Counted from the stretch's first letter, positions 40,064 through 52,600 are shown. The stretch is DNA of 64,000 nucleotides from Vitrella brassicaformis CCMP3155 (GCA_001179505.1 CDMY01000284.1:76831-140830), one strand, 5' to 3'. Numbers and translations: made by a program. Notes: generated from the letters alone by a model not told the origin.

Positions 40064-40907
40064 ATGCCATGCTCCCGCACATTCTTCAAAGCCACGTCCA
40101 TCGACACCCTCACCCTCACCCCACCACTCTCCACACACACATCCGGCCCTGCCAGGTGGGGCTGTGTCAGTGTGCTCGCGGGGCTGCCCCCATCGCCCCC
40201 ACCACGACCCTCCCCCCCACTAGTATTGACTATCTGCGGCACTCCCCCCAGCAGCATCACCTGCAGCCGACCCAGGCCAGAGGCAGGGGTGGGCCGCCAC
40301 GTCCAGCATGTCAAGTCGTGATGACCTGAATGACCAGACCACCACACACACGCGCGTGAATGGCGGGCGTGTGTGCTTTGTCCGATGGATGGATGGATGG
40401 ATGGATGCAGCTCACACACCTGGTGTGGTGGGAAGGTGGATGAAGCCGTGGCCGGCGACCTCCACCCCGCCGGAGGGGTGCTCCTCGAACACACGGAGCT
40501 CCAACCGCGGCCACCCCTTGACGCTTGAGAAGGCAAAATGCCCCTCCAAAGGATGATTCCAAACTGCATACCTGCGCCAAAACACACACAGAGATTCCAT
40601 CCATCCACGCGCAGGCGCACGCACACAGAGAGAGAGAGGGATCTCTCGTCAGGCCTTACCTGCTCTCGCCGTCACATTCGCTCACAAACGTGGCGCCCTC
40701 CTGGGCGCCTCTCAGCAGCCGCCAGCTGCTGCTGTCATACCGCAGGCTGAACGAGCAGCACAGCGCTGTGCTCTCGGCCGTGCCCTCGCACCCCTCCAGG
40801 CAGCCAGAGAAGAACAGCTGAGGGCGGGAGAGATCTGTGGCTGCTGCAGCTGCTGGTGGTGGTGGGTTGTGCGGTGTGCGGGCAGATGGCGAAGGGGAAT
40901 ACGGCAT
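40064..40907 (-). CDS. B9D2: B9 domain protein 2 (ciliary transition zone)
   Basis: WRLLRGAQEGAT, VWNHPLEGHF...GWPRLELRV, GHGFIHLPTTPG|HHDLTCWTWRP, LLGGVPQI, KNVREHGI. Colinear with B9D2. Confidence 0.85.
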
Positions 40908-40961
40908 CTTGCGACGTCGCGAATCTCATGACTCGCGATCCTTTCTGCTTTGGCGAGGATT

Positions 40962-40975
40962 TCGCCGATCGGCGA
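40962..40975. promoter_or_regulatory. Palindrome TCGCCGATCGGCGA
   Basis: Perfect 14-bp palindrome between the B9D2 and AP2 ATGs. Confidence 0.4.
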
Positions 40976-41020
40976 GGATTGTGACCGATCAGCGACATTC
41001 TCTTCATAGATCTTGATAGA

Positions 41021-44000
41021 ATGGCAGCCAGTGGCGGCCACCCAGACCAGGAGCAGCAGGAGCTCTCACATAACGAGCTCGTCAGCGCAGCGCAAAGTGC
41101 GATAGCCGAGTGCCGTCAGGCGGCTGAGAGGGAGGCGAGGGGTTCGTGGCAGCGATGCCCTGTGGAGCTGCGGCAGAAGGGGAGGCAGGGGCACCAACAG
41201 ATAGCCTTCATCTGTCCGGTGAGTGCACAGGAACGAGATGGATGGACTCGCGCGTGTGCGTGTGTGTGTGTGTGCTACAGGGGTGGCTAGCAGAGTACCT
41301 AATTCACGGGAGGACGCTGGCAGCGGTCCACAAGGCTCTCGACAATGCACTCGCTCTTCGCAGATGCGCCCTGCAGCAGCAGGCGCAGCAGCACCACCAG
41401 CAGCACCGGCAGCAGCTGCACCAACAGCAGCTGCAGATGGCCCACGTGTCGGTCGGAGTAGCAGCCAGCAGACAGCCGGCGGCTAACGGCGGCACAAGGG
41501 ACTCTCAGGTGCGTCAAGGAACACATGACTGACACGGAGAATGGACTCGTGCCGGACACCTATGTGCCGTTGCCTCTAGGTGTCTGGGTGTCCGAGCAAC
41601 CCACCAGACCAGAAGGGCACCACCGCTGGCAACCACCCCCACCACCCCCACCATGGCCACAACCAGCCCTCCCCCTCCCCCTCCCCCCAGCCGCCTATCC
41701 ACCCGATCGTGAGCCTCTTGCGTGAGAGGGTCAGCGGTCCGCTGTGCATCGAGCCGTGTCACCATGGGGACCGCCTGGTGGCCTGGCGTGTCGCGCTGCC
41801 CAGAAAGAAGGGAAGCCGCGTGGAGGTGGAGGACTTCAGCTGTGGTGGGCAGAGCCACGGGGTGCGGGGGGCGCTGGTGGAAGCCATCCACTATAGAAAT
41901 GCTAGGTAGGTGAACCGACCGGCAGGCAAGAAACAGAGAGAGGCATGTGTGGGTGGATGGCTGGATGAGTTGTGTGTGTGTGTGTGATGTGTGTCGCTCC
42001 ATCCATCCAGGTTGAAGGGGTTGAAGGACGAGTCCAGACAAGATGTCTGGACATCCTGTCTGGTCGAGTGTGAAGGGCTGCTCGATGTCGTAGAGGAATA
42101 CGACTGGCCGCCCGAGGAGCAGGTGGACGTCGAGGACACACCAGCCCAGCAACAGCAGCAGCAGCAGCAGCAGGAGGAGGAGGAGGGGAATGGTGGTCGT
42201 CGTCGGTCCAAGCGGAGTCTGTCCAGCCCGACAGACTCCTCCCCCCTCCCTCGCCGCAATGCCCCCCGCCATGCAGCCGACGACACTCATGACAGCTTGA
42301 AGACACGCAAGGCCGTCGACTCCGGCAGCTCGATGGAGGCGTCGCCGGCCGCTGCGTCCGCTGCGTCTGCCTCCGCTGCTGCTGCCGCTCCATGGCCCAA
42401 GCGACCCGATGTCGGTACGTGAGGAGGGCGTGTGGTTCAGGTGTCAATCAAAATGCGTTGGGCCCAATCTCTGTCTGTCTGTCTGTCTGTGTGTGTTTCT
42501 GTGTGTGTGTGTGTCTCTGTCTGTAGAGACCGTTTCTGACTGTGTTGAGAAGTTCCGCGCCTTCTGCGAGTGCCCCCGGGGGGACGGAAGCATCGCCGCT
42601 CGATTCCGCGAGCTTCCCGACAAGACGTCATTCGAGATCAGCAGCCACCACAGATATCCCGAGTGTGTTACACTCACCATGGGGCCCTACCCCGACGGTC
42701 ACGGTGGCGAGTACTACCTCTCCGCAGAGGCATCGCGCGGCCCCATCAAAACCTGCTGGGAATTTTCGCAGGTTTACCACAAGATGAAGCGGATGGTCAA
42801 TCAAGCACAAGGGACCAGAAAGGCTTTACGCGAGCTCTCACATGGCGATAGTCGAAGAGAAGCGCAGGCGCATCCTCCGCGTCAAAGGGTGGCGCAGCCG
42901 CAAGGAGAAGGGGGAAAGATGGAGTCGCGCGGCTGCGGTTGAAGATCCCGGCGCCACGATGCAGTCCAGCATCATGGCGGCCCCTCTCCCCTCTGCACAT
43001 GCGCACCCTCGCTCCCAGGCCATCAGACCCCCAGACGCACCCAAGTGGCAGCTGACCCACCACCAGCCCCTCGACTACGACCAGCTGCTGAGCTGCACGC
43101 GCACGTGCACTACGACCAGCTGCTGAGCTGCACGCGCGCCACGGACATGCTCAAGCACGACCTAGAGGGCGTCAAGCTGCAGAAGAAGTCGGCATCCGGC
43201 AGCCTGGCCATCATCGTCAAGGGAGTGGGGGCGTACGGGGATCGGCCATTCGAGGTCAGGGGCAGCACATATGCCCACGTGCTGCAGGCCGTGATGGACG
43301 CCGCCAGATACAGGGACGACCTGAGGACGCAGGCGGCGGCAGCTGCACAGGGCGCCGCCCAACCTCAGCCACGCAGTCGGCCCCGCAAGATGTCACTGAT
43401 GGGCCAGCCAATGCACCCAGCACCGGCCCCCCTACACCCGCCCCCACCGCCCGCAGCCGACGCACCTGAGGCCGATCGAGAGCGAGGCGTCCTCGATATC
43501 ACTGCGGATTTCGTGTCAGCGACAGGCAAGATAGAACTCGAGGATGACGAGTCAGAAGGCACTGACGACGGCAGCAAAAGCGGCAACGGGCGGCAGATGG
43601 GCGTGGGCGGCGTCAAGCAAGAGCCAGCATCTCCCGCACAGAGGCAGCAAGGGGGCGGTGGGAGCGCCGATGGCGACCAGCACATGGAGGATGCTGCTGG
43701 TCGTGGTGCTGCTGCTGGTAGTGGTGGTGGTAGTGTTGGTATCGGTCCTCTCGTGATCGAACCGTCCAGCAGCCGAGGCAAGAGACACGACAATCTCCAA
43801 GGTGTCCACCTCCACCCCCACCAGCAGCAGCGTCGCAGTGGCGGCAATGGCAATCCGAGCGGCCAGGCGGCAGTGAATGGGGAGGGGGAGGGGGGAGGTC
43901 AGGGTGTAGGTGTGGGTGGCCGGGTAGCTGTGGGTGGCGTCACGAGGGCTCAGTTTGTAGCCATGTTGCGGCAGAGGGCCCCGCAGCCGGAGCTGCACGA

Positions 44001-44645
44001 GCTCGCCGCCAAATTTGAGCAGGTGACCGACACACACACACACACCTTAACGCGTTCCATCTCCTCTATTTTGCTGTTTTGCTGTAGAATGGGGAGGCCT
44101 TCGACACTCTCGACGACGGGCTGCTCGACCTCATCAAAGACCCGCCCGACGCACAGAGCGCTGCCGTCACCAAGGCGTTCCGGCGCAGCTTCAGAGTCAC
44201 CGACGGCTGCTTCCTGGAGTTGCAGCTGTTCATCAAGAAACTCACAGACGAGGCTGACACACACGGTGGCGTCTCTCTTGCTGATGCTGCTGCTGCTGCT
44301 GCTGATGGGGGAGGGCATGAGCAGCTGGCCGTCGAGCGCCTGACGGTCGACGAGCTGGCTGCCCGGCTGCAGCAGGGCTCACCTGCAGCGGCCGCCCTCT
44401 CCGAGAAGATCAAACAGGTACCACAGCCACCCATCCCCCACGCAGAGCACATGTCTCTCTGTGTGCCGTGTGTGTCGTGTGTGCAGGCGAGCATCTCAGG
44501 TTCGGTGCTGCGTCGCATCCTGGAGGAGCCTGATTTGCCCGAGGGGTCGGCGGAGAGGCGGTGGGTGCTGGCCGTCAAGGAGCGGAGCTGCCTGAGGCTC
44601 AAGCTCTCCCTCAAAGGGGAGGTCCTCAGGCTCCTCAACGTGTAG
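41021..44645 (+). CDS. ApiAP2-like protein with 2-3 degenerate AP2-like domains and two SAM-like C-terminal segments; frame broken in this assembly
   Basis: AWRVALPRKKGSRVEVEDFSCGGQSHGVRGALVEAIHYRNAR (41730-41905) and EGVKLQKK...RPFEVRGSTYAHVLQAVMDAARYRDDL (43160-43325). A 35-bp duplication at 43074-43137 shifts the frame. Confidence 0.6.
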
Positions 44646-44994
44646 TAGACTGATTGCCATATTTGCCGTGGCGAGCGAATGAATATTGTTGGGGGTATCC
44701 GTGTGTGTGGCAATGGACTGTGGTTGGTGCTGAAACAGATGTTCATTCACACGTAGCATCGGTGGATGCGTCTCTATGCGTTGTCTGTCTCGGTGACGTC
44801 TCGTGAGTGACACAAATCTTTCTAACACACTCACCCATGCACCGCACCCAACCCACATTCATAAAGCGCAGTGTACACAACCATACATCGTCCCGCGATC
44901 GACACTTTCTTTGTGTCCGCTCTCCCTCCCTCTTTCCTTCAGCAGACACAGTGGCACCATCTGTGTCTGTCTGATCGCTCCTTTGTTTATTTCC

Positions 44995-46309
44995 TTATTT
45001 GAGTGTCTTGCCGGCAGGCACCACATCGTCCTGGTTGACCGCCCAGCTCAGAGCACTCTCGATGGTTGAGTCCTGGAACTCATACCTGCAGACAGACAGA
45101 CAGACATACAGACATCTCTCGTGGCTTTGTGACTCCACCTGCCCTTCCCTGACTCACTCACCCTGACTCCAGCAGCTTCTTAGGCGTGACGTTCTGCCCT
45201 CCCAACAGGAGCTCCTCGCCCATCTCTCCGAAGAGTACCCTACACACACACACACTCCCCCACGAGGATGTGCCATATCAATGTCTGTCTGACGAATCCA
45301 TCGATTATGTGCTCACTGTGCGACAGGCGTCGGCAGGGGGAAGAACGTTGGCCTGCTCAGCACTCGCCCGAGCGCCTTGGTGAACTCGGCGTTGGTCACA
45401 CAAGATGGCCCCACCACATTGACCGGACCCTATACTCGCGCACACACACACACACACACACACACATCTCTGTCTCTCTCCCTCCCCACCCCCACCCACC
45501 ACACCCACACCCACCTGCAATGACTCGGTCTTGAGAGCGTGGAGGATGGCCCCCGCCACATCTCTGCGGGACACCCATGGAAACCACTGCTCGCCGCTGC
45601 CCAGCACACCACCCCCGCCAAGAGAGAAGAGCGGCAGCAGCTTCGTGAGCGCGCCGCCGTGCCTGCTCATCACCACACCGAACCGCGTGTTGACCTGTCC
45701 ACACACACGCGAGGCACGACACGAGCACTTTGTGGCATTTATTTGTCAGTCACTGTGTTTCTACTTCTTTCTCATGACTACCACTCGTGTCTTGCTGGCT
45801 GCGCGCTGTGCCTCCTCTTCCCACTGCCGGCACACGTCTGCCAGGAAGCCCTCCCCCTGCGCGTCGCCCTCGTCGAACAATCGCTCGCCGCTGTTGAAGC
45901 CGTAATACCCCACCTGCACGACACAAACAGATTATGCGAGTGGCTGTCTGTCTGTCGTGTGTGCGCTGTGCCGACCGCGGAGGCGCACACAAACACGCTG
46001 GGCGGCCTCTGCATTCCCAATATAGCGTCAACAACCGCCCTTGTCCCCTGCACACGGCTCTCAAGAATCTTCCGCTTCTTGCTCTCGCTCCACCGCCCCA
46101 GCGGCGCGAGCAGCCCCTCGCCGCTGCCCACATTCTCGCCCGCCAGATGGACGATCGCGTCCACATCTTGCAGCAGAGATGGGTCGCCGGCTGATGCGTC
46201 CCACTGCACCTCGTCAACGGTCTCCGGCTGCCGGCGGACGAGCCGCTTCACGAGGACATCACGACCGTTGATCTGGGTGCCTGGATGGATGGACACAAGA
46301 GATCTATTG

Positions 46310-46343
<34 letters not shown>

Positions 46344-46798
46344 ATGCGTGTGTAAGTGTTACCTTCGAGCATGCTCATGAGTTCGCTGCCGACGAGCCCG
46401 CCGCTGCCTGTCAGAGCGATGGTGTAGCTCTTGGCCATGACAGCGGTACCCCCGCCCCTCTCCCTCTCTGTGCCCATCAGGTCCTTCAGGAAGTCTAGAG
46501 CACACAGCCTGCACACAAACATACACACACATACAGACAGACAGGAAAAAAACAGACAGACAGAGAGAGGGTGTGGTGTTCGGCTGTGCAGGAAGCGGAG
46601 AGCATGCCTGTGCTTGGATGTCTACCGAGATGGTGATGGCGGCCTGGGATAATGGGCCAATCGCAGATGCGCAGATGGTGAGACCGGAGAGGAGAGGGTG
46701 AAGGCCGCTGCCGGCGATGGCTGATGGAAAGAGAGAATCAGACTGCTCACCGCAGCCAGCAGGGACACCGGGGATGGCGGCTGCATCGAAAGCTTCAT
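44995..46798 (-). CDS. TIGR01777/SDR39U1-type NAD-dependent epimerase with bipartite leader
   Basis: [46 protein letters not shown]|[45 protein letters not shown]|YEF. Confidence 0.92.
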
Positions 46799-46821
46799 TC
46801 GCAGATCTGCGAGCTTAGCTC
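46799..46821. promoter_or_regulatory. Palindrome TCGCAGATCTGCGA overlapping TGCGAGCTTAGC
   Basis: Lies within the 57-bp spacer between divergent ATGs. Confidence 0.5.
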
Positions 46822-46855
46822 AGAAAAGGCGAGGTTGGACACTTGTGAGGGGAGA

Positions 46856-47205
46856 ATGAGCAGCCTGCCGGTGTTATCGTTCCGCATGGACTCGCTGCTA
46901 GTGCAGTGTGTGATATCAGCCGCCATCTATTACGTTCCCCAGGACGCGGCCGCCCTCATCGGCGCCTACTGGGTCGGCTCCACTTTCGGCAGAAAGAAGG
47001 TCGGCACAGGTGAGATGGAGTTCGAATCTCAGACAGGGAGGCAGCAAGGCAACAAAGAGTGTGTGTCGTGCGTGTGTGTGTGTGTGCAGCGAAGAGTGTG
47101 TCTGACGGCGATGTGGCGCTGAAGGCGTTCATGGAGTCGCGGCAGCTGGAGGCGGACAAGGTCAGAGTCGGCAAGTTCGGCAACACATGGTCCGTCCAGA
47201 TGTGA
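46856..47205 (+). CDS. Two-exon microprotein (79-89 aa) with one hydrophobic segment
   Basis: Intron 47010-47089 gives MDSLLVQCVISAAIYYVPQDAAALIGAYWVGSTFGRKKVGT|AKSVSDGDVALKAFMESRQLEADKVRVGKFGNTWSVQM*. A second intron starts at 47225 in the 3' UTR. Confidence 0.6.
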
Positions 47206-47348
47206 TCACATGCGTGTCATCAAGGTAAGTACCCTTCACACCGACACACACAACTGGAGGGAGGGACACAGAGTGCGTCTCCTTCTCTCTTCCCCTCTCT
47301 CTGTGTCTGTGTGTGCAGCAGCTGTGCTGGACTGGTTTTCTTCCTATG

Positions 47349-47442
47349 GCTCTGCGGTGATGGCGTCCCCTTTTCTCGGCCCACATCTCGTCAGGGACGG
47401 CAGTTGTCGCATGGAGGCGAGCAGCTGTCTTGCGTGGCGTGG
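47349..47442 (+). repeat. Dispersed ~95-bp hairpin element, copy 1
   Basis: Aligns with the reverse complement of 57662-57755. Confidence 0.8.
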
Positions 47443-48058
47443 GCGGGGCTGAGAAAAGAGACGCCTACCGTGCTACTGGATCCCGAAGCAGAGCCCATCT
47501 CCCTCTTCGCCTGACTTGTGTGTGGTGTGTGTTGATGGCTGTGTGTGAGAGAGAGAGACCCCCGATCCCCTCTTACCACTAGTCCGTGTTCGTACGGTGC
47601 GACGGATGCATGTGTGCCCTTTGATGTGCTGGAGGGTGCGCCAACATCCTGTGGCTGCAGCGTACACACATGGACTGGCGAAGGGGGAGGCCGGGAGGTT
47701 TTAAGGGGTGTGGATCGGATCGGTGTTGCCGATGGACGCTGCGTCCTTGACGACTGTGAATATACATCATTCATATGTGTGGATGTGATGTGTTTAACTA
47801 ACGTGAGTGATAGATAGGTGCGGTGTTGGCCATTTGTGTGTGATCCATCCATCCACCCTGCAGTGCAGCCTTTGGCCAATCCAATCCACACACTTACACT
47901 TGCACACAGATGCACTCACACACCTATACCTCATGTAGTGCAGTTGACCCTTCAACACACCCTCCCGCCCTTCATTCACTTGAGCAAAGACAGCCACCCG
48001 GCCCCTACAAGTGCATTCATGTCCCAGTCCCAGCCAGCCCAGCCGACACCCACCCGAA

Positions 48059-49805
48059 TTATGCGTTTGCCGCCTCTTCGGTCGATGTGGCAATGTCCTC
48101 CAGAAACACCAGCAGCTGCACGGTCACATGCCATGACACACCCACATACACTCACACCCATAAACACCCACACGACATGCTTGCCTGGAAAAGTTCGAGC
48201 AGCGACTTTGCCTTTTGTGGCCCGATGACCTCCTTGAGCTGCACCATCAGGTCACCCCCCCCGCCCCCACTGCCGTCAGCTTCACCACCAGCGTTGGATG
48301 ACCTGACGATGCCGTATGCCTTGTCGTACTCGGCTGCCGTCAACATGCTCTGCAGATACTGACGCAGCGACTGACGGACCAGAGACAAACGCAACGCGCC
48401 CCCACAACAATACACACAAACACGCCGATGCGGTGCCTCTCTCTCTCTCCCTCTCTCTCTCTCTCCCCGTGTCTGTGCGTCTGTCTCTTTTCACCTCACC
48501 TCCGCCTTGGCATTGTGTTGTTGGCTGACACTCATGCCGGACATCTGCCGTGCGGTGGGCAGTTTGACGTCCGCCATGTGCGCCGCAGAGGGCTTGCGTG
48601 CGCCGCCGTCCCCGCCCTCGTCCTCACTCTCCATGTCCGGCTCGGGGTCACCCGGCTCCTACACAATGTCACACACATCTTTCGCTTCCCCTTTCTTTGT
48701 GGAGTTACCGAGTTGGTTCGCGTGGTTGATCGGCTCTGCTTGCGGCTGCGAGATGACGACGAGCTCGGCTGGGGCGGCTGCAACACCTGTGGCCACACAA
48801 AGACACCAACCATCCCCCATGCCGCCCACACATATACCCTCTTTGTGTACTTGTGGCTGTGCAGGGGGCGCAGGAACTGGTGCTGGTGCCGGCTGTGGCT
48901 GAGAGGGTGCTTGGGGGGCAGCGGAGGATGCCGCCGCTGCCTCTGCTGATGGTGTGGAGATGGACTTGCGCTGCTGGGGGTGGTAGTCGACAGGTGTGGG
49001 GGAGAGCTCCTTGTCCAGGTCCAGATGCTCGATGCGCGCAACCTGCTCCAGATACGGACGGAGAAATGCCTGACGCAGCACCTGTGGCCACACACACATG
49101 GCGACAGAGACACATGCAGAGGGAGACATACATGCCTCTCTTGCTGACGGCTCACTTCTAGTGCGCTTGGTCGTTTCTCTGGGTCTCTGTTGAGCATGGC
49201 CTTGATCAGACTCACCAAATCAGAACTGCACAGATGACCAGACACACACGCGTAACCAGAGAGAGGGTGCACTGTGTGTCTCCCTCTCTCTGCTTGTGTG
49301 TCTCGAAGTGCATCACCTGTATTTGGGGTCAGGTGGTGGGAAGGTGCCCTTGAGTATTTTGATGGCGAGGAAGTGCAGCGACTCGGCGTCGAACGGGTGG
49401 CGGAGGGTGGTCATCTCGTACAGCACCACGCCCAACGACCAGATGTCACTGGGTAATATGTATAGCCACAGACACAGATCCATATCTCTCTGTGTCTGTT
49501 TGGGGTCCACCTCTTGAAGTTGTATGGCCGCTCTTCAATGATTTCGGGCGACAAATAGTACCTGGCAAAGGTTAAAACGGCCCCTCCCTCCCTCCCTCCC
49601 TGCACTTCCTCTCCTCGTCTCTGTCTGTGTGTGGACGACTTACGGCGTGCCAACCATGGTCCTGGCGAAGTCCTTGGTGGCCTCAAGCATCCGTGCGATG
49701 CCGAAGTCTCCCAGCTTGACCACACCAGAGGACGTCAGGAAGATGTTCTGGCTCTTCAAATCACGATGCAACACCTGATTGATTCAGACAGACAGAGGGT
49801 ATATA

Positions 49806-49841
<36 letters not shown>

Positions 49842-50464
49842 CGCATGCACGTGTGTGGCGTGTCTCTCCTGCCTCCTCTCTCTGTGGTGCATGGGTCTGT
49901 GACTGCACGAGGTACCTTTCTGTCGTGGACGTGTTTGAGGGCGAGAGCGGTCTGCACGAACCAGTTGAGTATCTGGCTCTCAGGGATGAGCGCCCCCTCC
50001 CTCTTCTTGATCAGCAGGTGGATGTCCCCGCCATCCGCATAGTCCATCACAATGCACAGCCGACCTCGACGCGTCATGAACACTTCATGGAACTGAAGAC
50101 AGACACACACACACGCGAAGGGGTTCGGCAGGTGGTTGTGCATGACGCCTTCTTTCTCCCTGTCCCTATCCCTTTCCCTCTGCCTCTCTCTTGCCTTGAC
50201 AATGTTTGGATGGTTCATCTTCTTGAGCACGTGTGCCTCCTTGATGGCCTCCTGCCTCTCCTGCTCGCTCATCATAGTGGTCTCCATCTGCTTGATCACG
50301 CACAGCTGACCGCTCTCAGTCTTCTGCACCAGATACGCCTTGCCGAACGACCCCTTGCCCAACACCTTCAGCCGCCGATACTTCTCGGGGTGCTTGCCGG
50401 TGCTGGTGGCGCTGGTGCTGTCCTTAGTGCTGCCGGTGACCTGCTTGTCGTCCTTCTCCTCCAT
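48059..50464 (-). CDS. NIMA-related kinase (NEK1/3/5-like) with C-terminal helical domain
   Basis: [20 protein letters not shown]|[38 protein letters not shown]|[19 protein letters not shown]-terminal [15 protein letters not shown]...LLVFLED. Confidence 0.95.
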
Positions 50465-50655
50465 CCTTGAGCTTTCAAACGGGGCGTGGTTCCCAGAGGA
50501 GGAACAAAAGGGTCTTCCTGATACGTCGTGAGGGTGGGGGGGGAGGGAAAATTGCGATCGTGCCCCCCAGTGGGGCCGTGAGAGACACTCGAATTCCCTT
50601 CAGTTCCCTCGCAATCATGCCAGAAGCTTTGTGCGGCAGCCATTTCTTCGTGAGA

Positions 50656-52258
50656 ATGGATGGAGAGACTGACGCTGACGGCTATGTTATGCGTGTTGGC
50701 GACAGGTGAGTGGAGGAGATCATGAACTGAACACCAGGACGACACGTGTGTGGACGACATGCAGGCTACTTGATGTTACCGGGAGGCCCATTTTGGAGCT
50801 AAAGGAGCGCTACACGCCACTGAGGCCGGCCGGGTACGGGGATCCGACGAGGCAGAGCCACACCTACATCGCGGCTGAGAGGGCGAGTGGAAGAGAGGTG
50901 TTCGTCAAGGATGTGCCTACCGACCGCAGTGGACGGAACAGGGAAAAGGGCATTCTGTATTACTTGAGGGATGTCGTCGGAGGCAAATACCCACAGCTGC
51001 AGACCATGAGGGAGGTGAGCAATCCGTGAGCATGACGTACTTGCTGCGTATGGTGTGTTTGTTGGTGTGCAGCATTACTCGGGCAATGACAGGGACGCCT
51101 ACGTATTTGACAAGTGCCCGGGCGGTGATCTAGAAGGGCTCTGTGTGTCAGGCGCCTGGAACTGCGAGAAAACAATCAGAGATCTCTTCAAGGGGATGGT
51201 CACAGCAGTCAAACAATGCCACGAGGCAGGCATTTATCACGGGTCAGCAGAAATTCATCACACCCACTCCCGATCATTGCACTGCTCTGTGTCGTGTACT
51301 CTCTATACAGGGACATCAAGCCTGACAAGTGAAGAAGCAGAATACTATCGCTTGGCTTCTGTTTGGCATTCATTTCGAATCATTTGTATGTCCCTGGCTG
51401 ACTGACAGTTTCTTGTTGTGGGATAAGAGCATGAAGGACATACGGCTGACCGACTTCAACACATCCCTTGCGATATGCGTCAGTCGACGCACAGAAAGGA
51501 CTCACACATGTATTGTGGCTTTTGCTACACATGACATGTCATGTAGGTGGATGGCAAGGTGGGTATGGCTAAAAGGAGCCACACTCCATACTACGCTGCG
51601 CCTGAGGTAGATACACACATTGGATCCACTCTAGAGACATACGCTTATATATCTGAACATGCAGGTCATTCAAGAGAAGAGCGCCATCGATGGGAGAGCG
51701 GCCGATATCTACTCTTTAGGGCACGCATCGTTGAATCCATATGGCAGGGTCTGACTTGGTGCTTGCCATGCCACCCGATACAGGAAATCCTTGTATTGGA
51801 TGGCCACCAAGGGGGGCAGTGTGAGACATGAAGCTGTCAGCCGCAGATGCTGGGATCTCATTGTATTGTTGCTTCAAGAGGATCCTGCGAGACGGCCCGC
51901 TATCGAAGACATTGAAAGGCACAACTGGTGAGTTTGTCGCAAGAAGGGTAAGAAGGTAAGAAGGAATCAACGTTTAACTTGCGTCTCATGCAGGCTGTCT
52001 GGTCGACCGCCTGTTAGTATTCTGCCGTGCTCCGTCCAGGGACCCAACTCTATGGGATATCACGCGACGGCCTCTCCCCTTTCGGCACCTTCTCCGCATG
52101 ATAGCCACAATCGTCTTGGCTACCACGTCGAGACACGCTTCAAAGTGCCCAACGGTCGGGGCGGCTATCGTGTGGTAGGGTCGGTGCGCCACGTGCCACC
52201 GACGGTGGTGGGAGTATGGTGGGACACGCAGACGGCTAAATGGAGGGCTTTCTATTAA
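50656..52258 (+). CDS. Atypical Ser/Thr kinase (CAMK-like scaffold; HGD, DFN)
   Basis: VFVK, GGDL, IYH|GDIKPD|N, IRLTDFN, TPYYAAPE|V, ADIYSLG|KSLYWM, LLQEDPARRP. No GxGxxG. Confidence 0.85.
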
Positions 52259-52600
52259 GTCATCAGCAGGTTTGCCGATTCGTTCGCTCGTCAGAGGCCG
52301 TCGCTTGCTTGGGTGAGGAGAGATGACAATGCCGACTAGCGGATGGGTTTGCCGGCTTCATCTTTCTCGTTCACAACCCAACTACGACCCTCTACGACCC
52401 TCTCACACCTTCTCGCCCTGTGGCTGGCAGTCGACGGTCGAGACGGGGATTTTGATGCCATGTCTCACCACAACGTCCACACTAACGCTAACACAGACGG
52501 CTGAGCAGCTGGAATCTATCCCCCGGGGCAGCCAAGCTTCGGATGGCCATCTTTAAGTTCTCGCTGATAAGACCATTCGCGGCTACTCCCAGCCACGCGT

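Noticed and set aside
47349-47442. Hairpin element as a SECIS
   Set aside because: No AUGA/GA quartet with the correct helix and apical AA, and neither upstream gene has an in-frame UGA.
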